A DNA stretch of 64,000 nt. Origin: Chrysomallon squamiferum (lineage: Eukaryota > Animalia > Mollusca). The stretch spans positions 22,258,001-22,322,000 of the forward strand of contig CM022679.1 of the NCBI GenBank assembly GCA_012295275.1, read 5' to 3'. The first letter of the stretch is position 1. Every line of letters begins with the position of its first letter. A program made the position numbers and the translations under genes. The notes beneath the pieces are model-generated. The model saw nothing but the letters and a program-made list of their open reading frames with translations. It was not told the origin of the DNA and did not search any database. Below are positions 1 to 13,205 of this stretch, piece by piece.

Positions 1-49
1 TTTCACAGATTTCACAGCCGGTCAGTTTGGTTTTTTAAAATTAATTAAT

Positions 50-281
<232 letters not shown>

Positions 282-856
282 AAGCTCGTGCCCTTGCTTG
301 CACTGAAACCTTTATAAATCTTCATTAAAACTTACCTCATCCTCTTTATTATTTATTATTTCCGAGAACAAAATCAGACAAGCCTGGTTAAAACGAAATT
401 AACTCCGTTCACGTGAGCGCATCTTTCGGTGGCTAAATAAATCGTCTGCCAAATGTTCGTTATGAACTAAAGAATAATTACTTCAAGAACGGATCTGATG
501 ATATGGTGGGGAGGTAAAATCGACGCCCTTCTGCTGTTTTCCTCACAAGTATTTTTTTTTTTTCTTAATAAAAATATAAACATGCTCCCCTCATTTGTGT
601 TTAAGGGTAAAAATAACTTAACAGCAGTGACTCCTCTTTTCTGACTATGGCTCCGCCCCTAGTCTCTGCATAACTAGAGCCCGTGCCGTATAAATAGAAT
701 CAACATGTTTAGAGAAGATGTCTAATTTATCTTAAGTCCTTAATCGGTTGGTGTCTTCAAAGACTAATAAATGCTTCGCTGTTATCTCCACCATCATCGC
801 CTCTTGTAAATCAGTTTAATAAGTTCACCAAGTAGCTGAACTGACTTGAAGAGTGG

Positions 857-983
<127 letters not shown>

Positions 984-2235
984 ACAAATTATATACTAAA
1001 TGTTACATTTATTTCTGTTGTTGCTACCTTTAAACTATACCACCACCACCACTACCGCTATAACTACTGCTACTCCTATTACTGCTACTATTACTACTAC
1101 TGTTACTAATATTACTACTACTACTGCTGTTGCTGCTATTACTCAGCAAGAACAAATTACTGCTACCATTATTAATGCGCCCCACTATCTTTTATTACAA
1201 ACACGCACTCGTGCTTACATACGCACACACGCACACACGCACACACAAATACACTTATATTTATATATATATATATATATAGTGTTTACTTCCAACAAAC
1301 ACAAAAGACCACGCTTAGACTTGACGTCTGAAAACCCATTAAATCCCAGAAAAATAAATTTAGCACGATTATGACAATAATATTTTCTGTTATCTTTGAT
1401 CTTTTGGACTACCACAACACGAAGATCTTTCAGCTGTGTCGTTTACGTCATTTGGACTGTATTTGATCATGTACGCATCTTCTTAGTGGTGGCGGTTAAT
1501 TAGGGTGTCGTTTCAAGACTCAGTTAATAAATCTATTTATGTCACCTTTTCTATCAGATCTGTGTAACTGATACTTCTTTGTTGTCATGTGTAGGTAACT
1601 ATTTTCTGAGGCAAGATGTAGAAGTGGTAATGTTATTGAGAACAAAGGACTGGTGTCGAAATATAAGTGATTTTTATAACTAGAATTTTCTTTTCAAAAC
1701 AAAAACAAAGACGTTTTTACGATGGCTACTGCTATGTTGTTGTAGTATTTTCTGAGATAAATGTAATGGGTATTCTTACATGCAAATAGATGATGCAGAT
1801 TCTTAAATAATAAGAAAAAGGTATATGTTAATACGAACTATAAGAGAAATCATGTAATGGTATTTCTTATTTTAATAGCGTCATTTCTTTTGAAGCAAAT
1901 TGAAAAGGTTTTATTATGAAATTTAATCATATACCTGATGCAGATTTTCGAAATTAAAGTGATTATAAGCAAGGCCATATATTATTAATTACCGAACTGA
2001 ATTTTCGAATTTCTTTTGAAACGTAATTGAAAAAGTGGTTTTATTAGTCATTTTTCGATATGTGTAGTAATATTATGTATTCTTATATAGGCACGGACAC
2101 GTAAAACAACTTTAGCAATACGTAGCGGTTATAGAAATACCCGTTTTAGCAATAGTTTTATAACATTAGTTTTAAAAATGTTCTTTTAGAAGAACACTGT
2201 ATCAATTACATTGATTTCCTTATTCATTTTTTTTT

Positions 2236-2304
<69 letters not shown>

Positions 2305-2525
2305 TATCTTCTCTGATGTTCATAGGGAGACAAATCTATTATTAACCTGTCACATTAAACAGAAGTAAGTCACATTTCTCAGTCATTTATGGATTACAGG
2401 ATTATGGGATTATAATAATAACACGAATTGTGACGTAATGTTAGTTATTTTAATATTTTAACACGTTTCTTTGTTTTCTTCGATTTGCCGTCTTTACTTA
2501 TATATATGTATATATTATATATATA

Positions 2526-3163
2526 CAGTGGTACCTTGACTTACGAGTTTAATTCGTTCCTTGACCGAGCTCGTATCTCAATTTGCTCGTATATCAAAAA
2601 TTATTTTTTTTTAACCTCTTTTTGAGTAAGAAAAATGTATTTAGAAAACAAAATAAAAGAATATGTAAAGAAATAAATTGGCTTTGTAAAGTCTATTTAT
2701 CTTGGAGATCAGACAAATTATTTTAACGCCTTTGGCTGGAGTTATAGCCTTTATCGACGCCTCATGCGTCAGTATGGTACATATCGTAGAAGTACTGTGC
2801 CCGTACTGCCTAGTCAAGTCGACTACATGCACACCTCGCTCATGTTTTTTCTATGAATTCAAACTTTAATTCAATGGACATAATCCGGTTCTTCTTCTCA
2901 GCACTGTCATTTGCACTCACTTTCTTAGGATCCGTGGAAATTTGGCAAAATACTGCACAAAACGCGAGCACATCATAACAGAGATGCATCTGCGGCGAGG
3001 TAACCACGTGAAGTAAACCACTGAGACGCGGAATGCTGGCCGGATGTTCTGTTGTTCGTTGCACCAACTAGGCGCTTCGTAACTGAAGCTAGCTCGTAAC
3101 TTGAATTTTGGTTCGCATCTCTAAGCAAAATATTGACCGGGCGACTGCTCGTAACTCGAAAAA
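2526..3163 (-). mobile_element. Internally deleted pogo/Tigger-type DNA transposon relic
   Basis: Begins TA|CAGTGGTACCTTGACTTACGAG, a Tigger-like end, with repeated CTCGTA subterminal motifs at both ends. Minus-strand fragments KKNRIMSIELKFEFIEK and HVVDLTRQYGHSTSTICTIL..IKAITPAKGVKII resemble the Tigger/TIGD N-terminal HTH, frameshifted. The far terminal TIR is missing. Confidence 0.75.
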
Positions 3164-3589
3164 TGTATATATATATATATATACAAAGACGGCAATATAT
3201 ATATGCATGTATGAATGTACACATGCATATATTTTTGTATATATACGTTCTAATGTGTCTATAGAATATCATTTTAAAGAAAGTTCATGCTCCAGTCTTC
3301 AAAAAAACAACAACAACAACAACAAACAAACAAACAAACAAAAACACAATAAAAGAAAAAATAAAAAAAAAAAAGGAAAAAGAAAAGAAAAAAATGAACA
3401 CTGTAACAGCTACATTAAATCAAAACGTCATGGTAGAACATATTGTCATTCAGCTAATGGTGAATTAGTTCAAAATCATTTTACCGTCACATTATTTTAT
3501 TTAAAACATTAATCTTAGTTTTACAGTTAACAAAACTAGCGCGTCTAAATTTAATTTGATTTAGCACGCAAATAAAATAATCTCTCGAT

Positions 3590-4045
3590 CTGAAATTAAA
3601 CAAATCATTACCATCTTGTTACGTCAGAGTATCGCGCTAGATATTTATATAAGCAAAACAGTTTTAGAAATTGATTTTAAAATATCACAGATTTTGATCG
3701 TATGATCATCTCTAATTATCTCATTTCCTTTTGTTTTTGATGGAATTTTACATATTGTGCTTCAACTGTTGTTAACTGGAGCAATGAATCGATGTCTATA
3801 GCCGCAGGGGAAATAACTCATATATGTCTGAACCGTTAATATATATACGACGAAAGAACAAAAATTCTAAATACACTGAGTATACTTCCACTTTGTCGTT
3901 TAACTTCTGTCTGAACGCCAGTGTGGACAAAATAATAATAAAGCAAGAATGTACAATAACAAGCGACAGAGAATGAAAAACCACTAATAGGCTGAGCAAA
4001 GGGCAAACTGGCAATGATTTAATGATATAATTGTAACTGAATGGG

Positions 4046-4065
<20 letters not shown>
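3590..4065 (-). repeat. Dispersed repeat, inverted copy of 15910-16600 without the mariner-type MITE
   Basis: Near-identical reverse-complement sequence; the same pseudo-ORF (PFSYNYIIKSLP..) appears at both loci, and both abut an (AG)n tract. Confidence 0.9.
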
Positions 4066-4142
<77 letters not shown>

Positions 4143-6077
4143 GCGCATATGTCTGTGTGTGTGTGTCAACCAGTTAGAATTACGTTCACAGACAGACATA
4201 CAGAAACACAAGCGCTGATTCTTTTAAAAGAATAAAAGATGGAAAAGAGTGAACATCTGGAAGATTGATAGACAGATAGGTAGACGAGCTAGGAAGTATT
4301 TTTATATAATATTATTTTAAAGACAAAATGAAAGAAAAATGAATAAAAATTAAAAATGAATTAAACATAAAAAATATAATAAATATTTCAATGTTATTAG
4401 TAACTATTTATTTTTTTAAATCAAACACACACACACACACACACAGAAGTAGGACACGTTTTATCCTTGAAATGCAGTTAATAGTACAACAACTCTGTGA
4501 TATTATTTATCGGACCAGTCTACCTTCAGTTTACTATTAGACCCATTTCACTCGACTGTTTGTAATAGCTTTCAGTACAGAGGATGTTATTGTTGAAGCC
4601 AATATTTTTTTTCATTCGGAAGTTTCCGTTCCATGTTGATACAACTAAAAGTCCAAGTTCCGCGTTATTAATAAAAGGAGGCGGTTCGTCAAATTCGTTT
4701 TTTTTTTTTTTTTTTTTTTTTTCCAAATGACTTCATCGCATGTCATAATGGTAGCATTTTAAAACAACCTTAATTCAAGACAATATTCCACTTCTACTAT
4801 AATTTGTATACTTCGGATCAGTCGAAACCAAGTACAGTAAAACAGGAAAGAAATAGATTTGTTGATCAATAGCTTTCGAGTAGTTGATCAGATGTTTTAG
4901 AAACTGTGCAGAAATAAAGACGATTTAGAACTTTTTTTTTTTTTTTTTTTTTTTTGCTTCAGTTGTTTTGAGTTTAACAACGGTCGATTTTGTTATTGTT
5001 TCTGAAGACAACGTATAAGCCAATGAAGTTACTCAGATAAGCACGGCGTTCCTCTCTTCCAATTTGTTTTAAAGTAATTCCTTTGTACGTTGCTAAGCGC
5101 TTTCCCACTTCGTCACATTTTACCACTTTGTCATTCAGTTCACTCTCAAATACCTCAATATTCGGAACAAACAGTCCTTTATTTTACTTTAATTCACGAG
5201 TAATAGTGATTTAGACAGCTGATAAAGCTTTTGGAAAAATAACGTTGCTTTCAAATATCGATTATAAAGCACTAAATAATACTGTTTATAAGGCATTATT
5301 CAAAAAAAAAAAAAAAAAAAAAAAAAAAGGAAAAAGAAGAAGACGAAGAAAGTTGTCACTTGTTCAAAATGAACGCATGCGCATTGAAAATTATATGACG
5401 TAGTAACTTGATTGACAGTCATCATTGCCAATATAAATTTAAAGAACTGATATAAAAATTAAAAGACTTTTGACAAAGTTCATTGTGTTTTGGTAAACAT
5501 TTTTCAATGCGGACAGCAGACTATTAACTCGTTTTGAAGCCGACTTAACACATCCAATCCTTTGACGAAGCTTTGATAAAATCATCAGCAGTTTAACAAA
5601 CAACCAGATTGCAGAGGTTTTTAAAAGATATAACTACCAGGAAGTCGTCTACAGCTGAATATGTTGTAATTACCTGAAAATCTTGTGAGTCGTCTACCCA
5701 TTACCTTAACACTGCGGGAATTTGAGAAAAAAGAAAAGAAAAGAAAAGGAAAAAACTCTTCTTGAAGAATACGGCAGATACTGAATTAAGAACTGTTTCC
5801 GAGAAATGTCGACACTGCTGTGAACTGGTAAGGAACTATAACAAATTAGAGTGCTTAAATTGTGAAATTATAAAATATCTATTGGACATATTCAGTCATT
5901 TTGAAACCGTAACAGGTAAAAAAAAAAAAAAAAATCTTTGATGAAATAATGACAAAAAATACAGACATTTTACTGATCTAAAACACACACATAAACCGCG
6001 TTATAAGACACATACATAAATCACATAAGGAAATATACTGTCAAATACTGAATAACCACTGTCAAAAGGTTTCGAAC

Positions 6078-8234
6078 ATGGTTATCAAAATGAAAATTCC
6101 TCTGTTGTTTGGTGTTTTTCTTTCCTGTGTACAGCATACGTTTCAAACCGGTCTGAACTTTTCGTGTGGAAACAGATGGTCTTGTGACAGCTACTTAAAC
6201 TCTGAAAACAAAACGGAGAGCTACTTTCAGGACATGAACTGTTTTTGCGATGACCTGTGCGAAGCTTTCAACGACTGTTGCCCGGATGCTTCGATTCCGC
6301 CAGACAAAGTTTCATTCGTCCAGGCGAATTTTCCTTACAACACCACGTCATGTCGTAATGTCAAAGAAGTAAGCGAATGGTTCGGCGTCTACGTCGTTGA
6401 CAAATGCCCAGCGTCATGGCTGGACGACACTGTGAGATCGTTGTGCGAGAATGAAACTTCAGAGGACATGATACTTCAACTTCCGGTCACGGGGGTTAAG
6501 CTGGGACTGATGTACAGAAACGTGTATTGTGCTATTTGTCACGAGACCGATTACATCTTTTGGAAACCAGGTGCGTTCTGCAGACGCGAAGTTTCGTATT
6601 ACGACGATATTCCCGTAAACGCAACTTTCCTTGAAGTGGCCAAGCAGCCAGGATGCGGAATCCGTTTTTTTCCGCCGAATGAAAAAACTCCTTACAGACC
6701 ATGCCTCGGTCACCCGGTGCGAAATACGTGTGACGCTAACTTCAGCGACTCAGTAATTGTAGATTTGTGCGAAACCGCAAGCAACTTCGAACTGGTTTAT
6801 TCTGTAAACAAAGCCTGGAGGAACGCAGAATGTGCTGTATGTAATTTTCAAACAGAATTATCTTGCATTCCTCAGTTTCTTTCTATTAACCCCGAGGGTC
6901 GGGAACCTGGACCCTATACTTTGAGCGTCTTGCTCGACTTATACACAGGGACAGGTTCACTAACGGTTGGGGCTGAACTACGGACTGTTACGAAGAATCA
7001 AACAAATATTTACGCGTGTGACTACGGAGAGGTGTACGATCCTTTCGGTCACAAATGCCGCCCGATTATCTGCGGTATGAATATGACGTACATACAAGGT
7101 GGGTGTCGCTTTAAAAATTCGGGTCAAAATGTTTCAGACTGTCCGAGAATTGAACTGGACGTGTCCGAGTATACGTTGACGAAAAACAACCAGCTGTTAG
7201 AACTAGCCAGCGGAAACTTTTATGACGAAAGTGAATTTTACATCAGAGGAAATTCAGCTTTCGTCTGTTCCAATCTAACCCAGAATTACACGGAGGTCAG
7301 TCTTGTGAACGAACTGCAGGTAGTTATCACAATGTCACAGACAGAAGGGATTGTCACCGCCACGGGTCTTTCCCTTTCTCTGCTTGCCCTGGCTGTCACC
7401 ACTGTTATATACAGCAGCGTTAGTCAGCTTCGTAATCTGCCTGGTAAAAATCTACTGTCGCTGTCCATCAGTCTTTTCCTAGCCGAGTTTCTTATGCTCA
7501 CTGCTCCTTATTTTGACGGCGTTGACAGCCTGTGTAAAGGTGTAGCTATGGTCATGCACTACTTCTTCCTCGTAGCTTTCTTCTGGATGAACGTCATGGC
7601 GGCAGACGTCTGGCTGACATTTTCCAAGACGTTCGTCAAAGCCGGCGCAAATTCCAAAACCTCCAACAGATTTCTTCTGTACTCTTTGTACTCATGGGGG
7701 GTTCCTGCCCTAATTTTGGTTGCATCAGTTCTGGTCAACTGCCTGCCGTTTGAGTCGTCATTCAAGCCTGATTATGGAAAAGGTATCTGCTGGTTTGGCA
7801 ACAAAAATGGACTGCTTATCTTCTTTGCCGGGCCTCTTTTCATTGTGATCCTTCTGAACATAATCTTCTTCTCCGTGGCTGCCAAAAACATCTGCATGGC
7901 TCGGCGGTCTTCGAAGAAATATCTGGAAAAGAAAGATCCCTCCGACATTCTGATCTACCTTCGCCTGTTTCTTGTGATGGGTCTCACTTGGATTGTAGGT
8001 TTTCTGGCCACGCTGGTTTCTCACCCTGTCCTCTGGTATCTGTTCTCTATTCTGAATTCACTTCAAGGTTTCTTTATCTGCGTTTCTTTCGTGGTCAGTA
8101 GAAGAGTTTTGAATCTGATAAAACAGGAATGGTTGGGCATAGAGATTTCCAGCGTAACCACAGCCTCAAACAAAACTTCAACGACACACAGTTCTGAATT
8201 TTCTTCAGCGATAACTACTGAAAATAAAATATAA
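6078..8234 (+). CDS. Class B (Methuselah-like/adhesion-like) GPCR with somatomedin-B-like and Cys-rich ectodomain, 718 aa, uninterrupted CDS (GPCR1)
   Basis: Signal peptide; SMB-like CFCDDLCEAFNDCCPD; two Y/WRNxxCAxC Cys repeats; many N-glycan sequons. Seven hydrophobic helices carry secretin-family motifs (LRNLPGKNLLSL, HYFFLVAFFWMNVMAAD, YSWGVP, CW, MGLTW, NSLQGFFI). Confidence 0.92.
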   Translation: MVIKMKIPLLFGVFLSCVQHTFQTGLNFSCGNRWSCDSYLNSENKTESYFQDMNCFCDDLCEAFNDCCPDASIPPDKVSFVQANFPYNTTSCRNVKEVSEWFGVYVVDKCPASWLDDTVRSLCENETSEDMILQLPVTGVKLGLMYRNVYCAICHETDYIFWKPGAFCRREVSYYDDIPVNATFLEVAKQPGCGIRFFPPNEKTPYRPCLGHPVRNTCDANFSDSVIVDLCETASNFELVYSVNKAWRNAECAVCNFQTELSCIPQFLSINPEGREPGPYTLSVLLDLYTGTGSLTVGAELRTVTKNQTNIYACDYGEVYDPFGHKCRPIICGMNMTYIQGGCRFKNSGQNVSDCPRIELDVSEYTLTKNNQLLELASGNFYDESEFYIRGNSAFVCSNLTQNYTEVSLVNELQVVITMSQTEGIVTATGLSLSLLALAVTTVIYSSVSQLRNLPGKNLLSLSISLFLAEFLMLTAPYFDGVDSLCKGVAMVMHYFFLVAFFWMNVMAADVWLTFSKTFVKAGANSKTSNRFLLYSLYSWGVPALILVASVLVNCLPFESSFKPDYGKGICWFGNKNGLLIFFAGPLFIVILLNIIFFSVAAKNICMARRSSKKYLEKKDPSDILIYLRLFLVMGLTWIVGFLATLVSHPVLWYLFSILNSLQGFFICVSFVVSRRVLNLIKQEWLGIEISSVTTASNKTSTTHSSEFSSAITTENKI

Positions 8235-8238
8235 TTAT

Positions 8239-8429
<191 letters not shown>

Positions 8430-8922
8430 CTGAATAAATATTCACTTTCTATTACGCTTTATGATAGAAACATTTATTTAATATCTCAAACAAAAGGCTT
8501 AGGTGAATTGACTTACAGATCAGTTATCAGTTGTTAAAAAAGATTGTTTGTCTCATGCAATCAAATTACTGAAACTAAAAAGAGGATAAGTCTTTCCGTC
8601 TTCTGTAACATGAGTTTACCTTTGTTCGTTTCTCGGTTAACCTTGCCTCATTGTTCTGAGGAAATAATGTAGTTAATAGAATTAAAAGTGTATTTCATTA
8701 GTTGCTATTACTGAGACAATTGTTGTTGTTCCTGCAATGTTTTATGTACTTGTAGAACTTTCAAAGGTGAAATGACATTTTGGACCGCCTGTTGGTGTTG
8801 TCGTTGCTCTTCTTATTGTTTTGTTATTATAGTTTTTGTTGTAATTATTACTGTTATAATATTAATATTATTGTTGTTGTTCTTGATATTGTTTGAATAT
8901 TATTTTTGTTCTTGTTATTACA

Positions 8923-8981
<59 letters not shown>

Positions 8982-10084
8982 AGTTAAAAGTTGTTTGTCA
9001 GTGGAGGTGTAAATTATATTTGTTGTTCTTTTCAGTGACCAGGTTATTTTTAAAAACCTATTACAATTCACCACAGTGCATAAAGTAATCAATAAGCTGG
9101 ATTACTTTGCCATATTTTAACTCTGGAAAATGAAACTGTTTTCAGTCTTAGTTCAGTTTCTTCGACACAACAAAAAAAAAAGAGTAAAATTAATTAGGAG
9201 AACTGTGAGAATCGTTGACGCAAATGAAATAATCAAGATTTTATTAACGTCTTTCCAGTAATGATATACACAGTTGTCTCTGGGGGTTAGGCTAAAACAC
9301 GGAAATAATTCAGAGACGCCATTTTTGCAATTTAATTACGAACCATAACATCCACATGCGCAAAATCGCAGTCACAGTTTTAAACTGCTAAACGTAATAT
9401 CAATAATTCCAATAATAAAAATGAAAATAAATAAATAAGTAAATAAATAAATAAATAAATAAATAAAAATAAAAAAAAAAAATGAATATAAAAAATATAA
9501 TAAAGAAATAAAAAGTAAAAAATAAATAAAACAAACACGTAACTGTTTTTTAAGACAACTTTAAGCTGTTTATTGATTCTACTTCCTTTGAGCTTCTGAC
9601 AAGTTAATCTTATTAATAATCCCTAGGTGTGGTTTGTGGATTATGGCTGATTAAAGGGATTTCATCTAATTCAATAAAACTATTTACATCGTGTTTATCA
9701 TGTCTTTTGTATATTTGTTTTTCTTGCTCATAATGACACGATTTGACATTTACTAACACTTCGTGACTCTTCGTGAAACTGCGTGGCTCATTGTGATATT
9801 TCGTAATGCTTCGTGATATATCGTGACATTTCGGGGTATTTCCAATAGATTATTGGAAGCCTGTAAAATCATTAAAGTAATTTTCGGTGAATGTAAAATA
9901 ATTACTGTTGCCAAGTTTAATATCGATTTAAATATTTTTTCTTTGTTTGTTTGTTTCTTTTCTTCTTTCTTGTTTTTGATTTATATAAATATTTGTTGTA
10001 TAGGTAATCAATAAACGGTATTTCAGTGTAATAAAATGAATGTAATAAATATGTTTGTTTTTCGTTGTATTTAATAATTGTTTG

Positions 10085-10213
<129 letters not shown>

Positions 10214-10884
10214 CAAACACATACACATACTATACACACATAAACATATATATATATATGTATACCTGTATGCATATATATATATATATATAAAGAAAGA
10301 TGAAGAAGAACAGCAACAAAACGAAAACAGACCGATAGATAACGAGAACGCTGTATTCAAACAAAAGACTTTTGTCTTGCTTTGTTATTTTGATGCATTC
10401 AAGACAGCTGGATTTCTTGCAACGAATCTCTCTGTTGGCGTCGTCTGGAACACGGAAACCCATTTATGTGCATTGCATTACACGCCCCACTGACAGAAAA
10501 GAAAACATTATATGTAAGAGACGCCCGATACGTACAAGCGAGATAAAAGATGTAGGTTATTAATGCCGTTATCCTGCACCGTACGTCCTTGTATCTGTAC
10601 CTCAACGAAAACCATGACATCGTTATGTCTTAAAATGATGGAATATTAAAACAGCAGTGAGAAAGAAACCAAACGTTTCTGTTATCTTTGTTTGTTGATA
10701 GACAGAAATATTTCGTGCTACTTATTTTTTCTTTATTTCTTTTTTTCTTACTTATTATTAATACATTTTTTTTATTTAATAGAAAAGAGACCAAGATTAT
10801 TAGTGAATCGGTTTTGGAGCATAATAAGAATGTGAATTAAAAACAACAACAATGACGCACCGACAACAGTAATAACAAAAAGGA

Positions 10885-10888
10885 ACTG

Positions 10889-10927
<39 letters not shown>

Positions 10928-11020
10928 TTGCTGCTACTACTACTACTATTGCTGCTACTACTAATACTACTTCTACTACTACTACTACTATTGCTGCTAC
11001 TACTACTACTATTACTACTT

Positions 11021-11053
<33 letters not shown>

Positions 11054-11054
11054 T

Positions 11055-11101
<47 letters not shown>

Positions 11102-11120
11102 ATAATAATAAAAATAATAA
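10885..11120. repeat. (CTA)n/(AAT)n trinucleotide microsatellite
   Basis: Visible directly; source of the poly-S and poly-L ORFs. Confidence 0.95.
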
Positions 11121-11684
11121 TAACTGTCATGATCATCAACATCGCCATCGTTATCAATAAACAAGATGCAACAGTGATGAAAACAGAACAAACTAAACAA
11201 ATTATTACCAGAACAATAACCGCAATATCTAACATATAGGTAGATAATATATCGTCAACAACAGTAATAACAGTGATAAAAATAATAGAAGAAAGAAACT
11301 ACATTATTTTTGTTAAATAATTAATTAGTTAAGAAATTTTTATACGTAAATATTTTTAAAAAGACGGATGATGCTTACATATAAATGTGTAAAATAAAGT
11401 GTAATGGTCTATGAACTAAATAATTATATTTCTACACCTGAGAGTGTTAGATATATTTATTTATCTCGCCGAGAGCCGATACACGACTTGTAGCAGACGA
11501 TTCTAACTGCGAAATAGATACGTCTGCCGCGGGTATTGTCGTTAATAGCGCATTCTCGTCTAAAGTTTGTTTCAAAATTCATGTGCGCTCTCCTTGCATT
11601 TAATTATATCAACTATTAATAACATTATGCTAAAGCTGATTTAAACGTTTAAAAGTTATTTGAAAACAGCAAATGTCTATAAAC

Positions 11685-11720
<36 letters not shown>

Positions 11721-12536
11721 CGAAGCTCGTCATGAATATGTTTATCCGAGTGTAAAGCAACTTCAGAAAAGGTCAGTGAATGATAAGCAAACAAGAAACA
11801 GATGCAGAAACAGTGTACGCAGGTAACTCGCCCTGTCTATACACACACGTGAATGCGAGTGCACATTAACCTTGGAAACAGGCGCGCTTATTTGTTATAC
11901 TCTGGCAAGTATATTGCTGTGTAAAAAGAAATAAGGTAGATGTTAAACTCAATTCCAGGGTTTAGCTGGTCGGAAACCTTTGTGTGCGTTGCAGTGATAG
12001 GTAAAATTAAATATTGTACTGACGATATTGGAAGAGCCTACGTTGCAGAAACAGATAGAAATATTTACTGTACTGAAGACATTTGAAACATCCGCGTTGC
12101 AGTGATATTTGTTTATTATATTAAGGACACTGGAGGGAACATTGTTTCAAGAAGAAAAAGGCTATAACGAAAGACAAGATACTGAAACAACGGAATGATA
12201 ATTGGATAAAATATTTTGAAACGTTTGCTGAACAGTTCCTTGCGGTAAACTGCTTTTGTTTGTGATGTAGCTTCAAAAATAAACGACGTAAAATTCGATT
12301 CAAAAATATACATTTTTGACTTCTGTTAGTTTACATTAATACAGTTGACAGTTTCAGCCGAAGTGTGGAAATTTCTAGAAGACTATTTCTTGAGATATAT
12401 TTACTGTGGGAAATCAGTTCTGGAATAGAGACAAAAGGACATAGCAATATCAGTTTTATCGCCTAGCAGTTCTTTGTTTCTTGAAGAATATAATATTTAA
12501 AGAGTTACGTACGTTTAACGTTAAAAGAAGACAAGA

Positions 12537-13205
12537 ATGACTCAAATACAACTACCGTACTTAACCGAGGGTTACTTGGGCAAACAGGCAAAGTTCGACT
12601 CCTACGGACTGACCACAGTGTCACACCCCGACCCTGTGGTCATGATGGACACGGACAGAGTGGAAATCATCATAGGCGCTCCGCCCAAGACGAGGATGAC
12701 GTCAAAGCTGATCTCCATGGAGAGAAAGAAGGAGATGAACGAATACCATCTTGTGATGAAGGCTGGACACAACTTCTGCTATCTCGTCCGACCACCTACC
12801 GCGGGATTCTACAAACTACAGCTCTACGCTCTACCCCCGGACGAGGCGGGACCCCAGATGCAAGGAGTGATTAACTATCTAATTCACTGCCCTGGTCTGG
12901 CCGCAGACGTGCAGCCGTTCCCTAAGGTTTATCCGCTCTGGAAAGAAGGAGGCTACTTGTACGAACCTCTGTCCTTGCCTAAGGGGATACGGGAAGCTGG
13001 TGTGAAGTTTCGTTATTTCATTCCAAAGGCCAGAGATGTCCAGATCAAAGTGGACAACGACTGGAATAAACTGGAAGCTGTGGAACCAGACATTTACGAA
13101 GGATACGTAGATTTCACTCAGGGATACCCCGGTGGCACGAAGGTGAAGCTAAACGTGAAATTCGGTGGTAACAAGTTCGATACGCTGATGGAGTATACGA
13201 TTTGA
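12537..13205 (+). CDS. 222-aa protein resembling the C-terminal Ig-like repeats of kyphoscoliosis peptidase/hillarin/LTD-1, without the transglutaminase-like domain
   Basis: GC-elevated clean ORF in AT-rich surroundings. Motifs GL...SHPDP, P..GFYKLQLYA, V.NYLI.C, PFP, LYEP and the LMEY.I C-terminus recall KY/hillarin C-terminal repeats (family recalled from memory, not searched). Confidence 0.7.
   Translation: MTQIQLPYLTEGYLGKQAKFDSYGLTTVSHPDPVVMMDTDRVEIIIGAPPKTRMTSKLISMERKKEMNEYHLVMKAGHNFCYLVRPPTAGFYKLQLYALPPDEAGPQMQGVINYLIHCPGLAADVQPFPKVYPLWKEGGYLYEPLSLPKGIREAGVKFRYFIPKARDVQIKVDNDWNKLEAVEPDIYEGYVDFTQGYPGGTKVKLNVKFGGNKFDTLMEYTI

Noticed and set aside
9735-9850. Short TTCGTGA 10-bp periodic repeats
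   Set aside because: Possibly a transposon subterminal relic, but no matching end or TSD was found.
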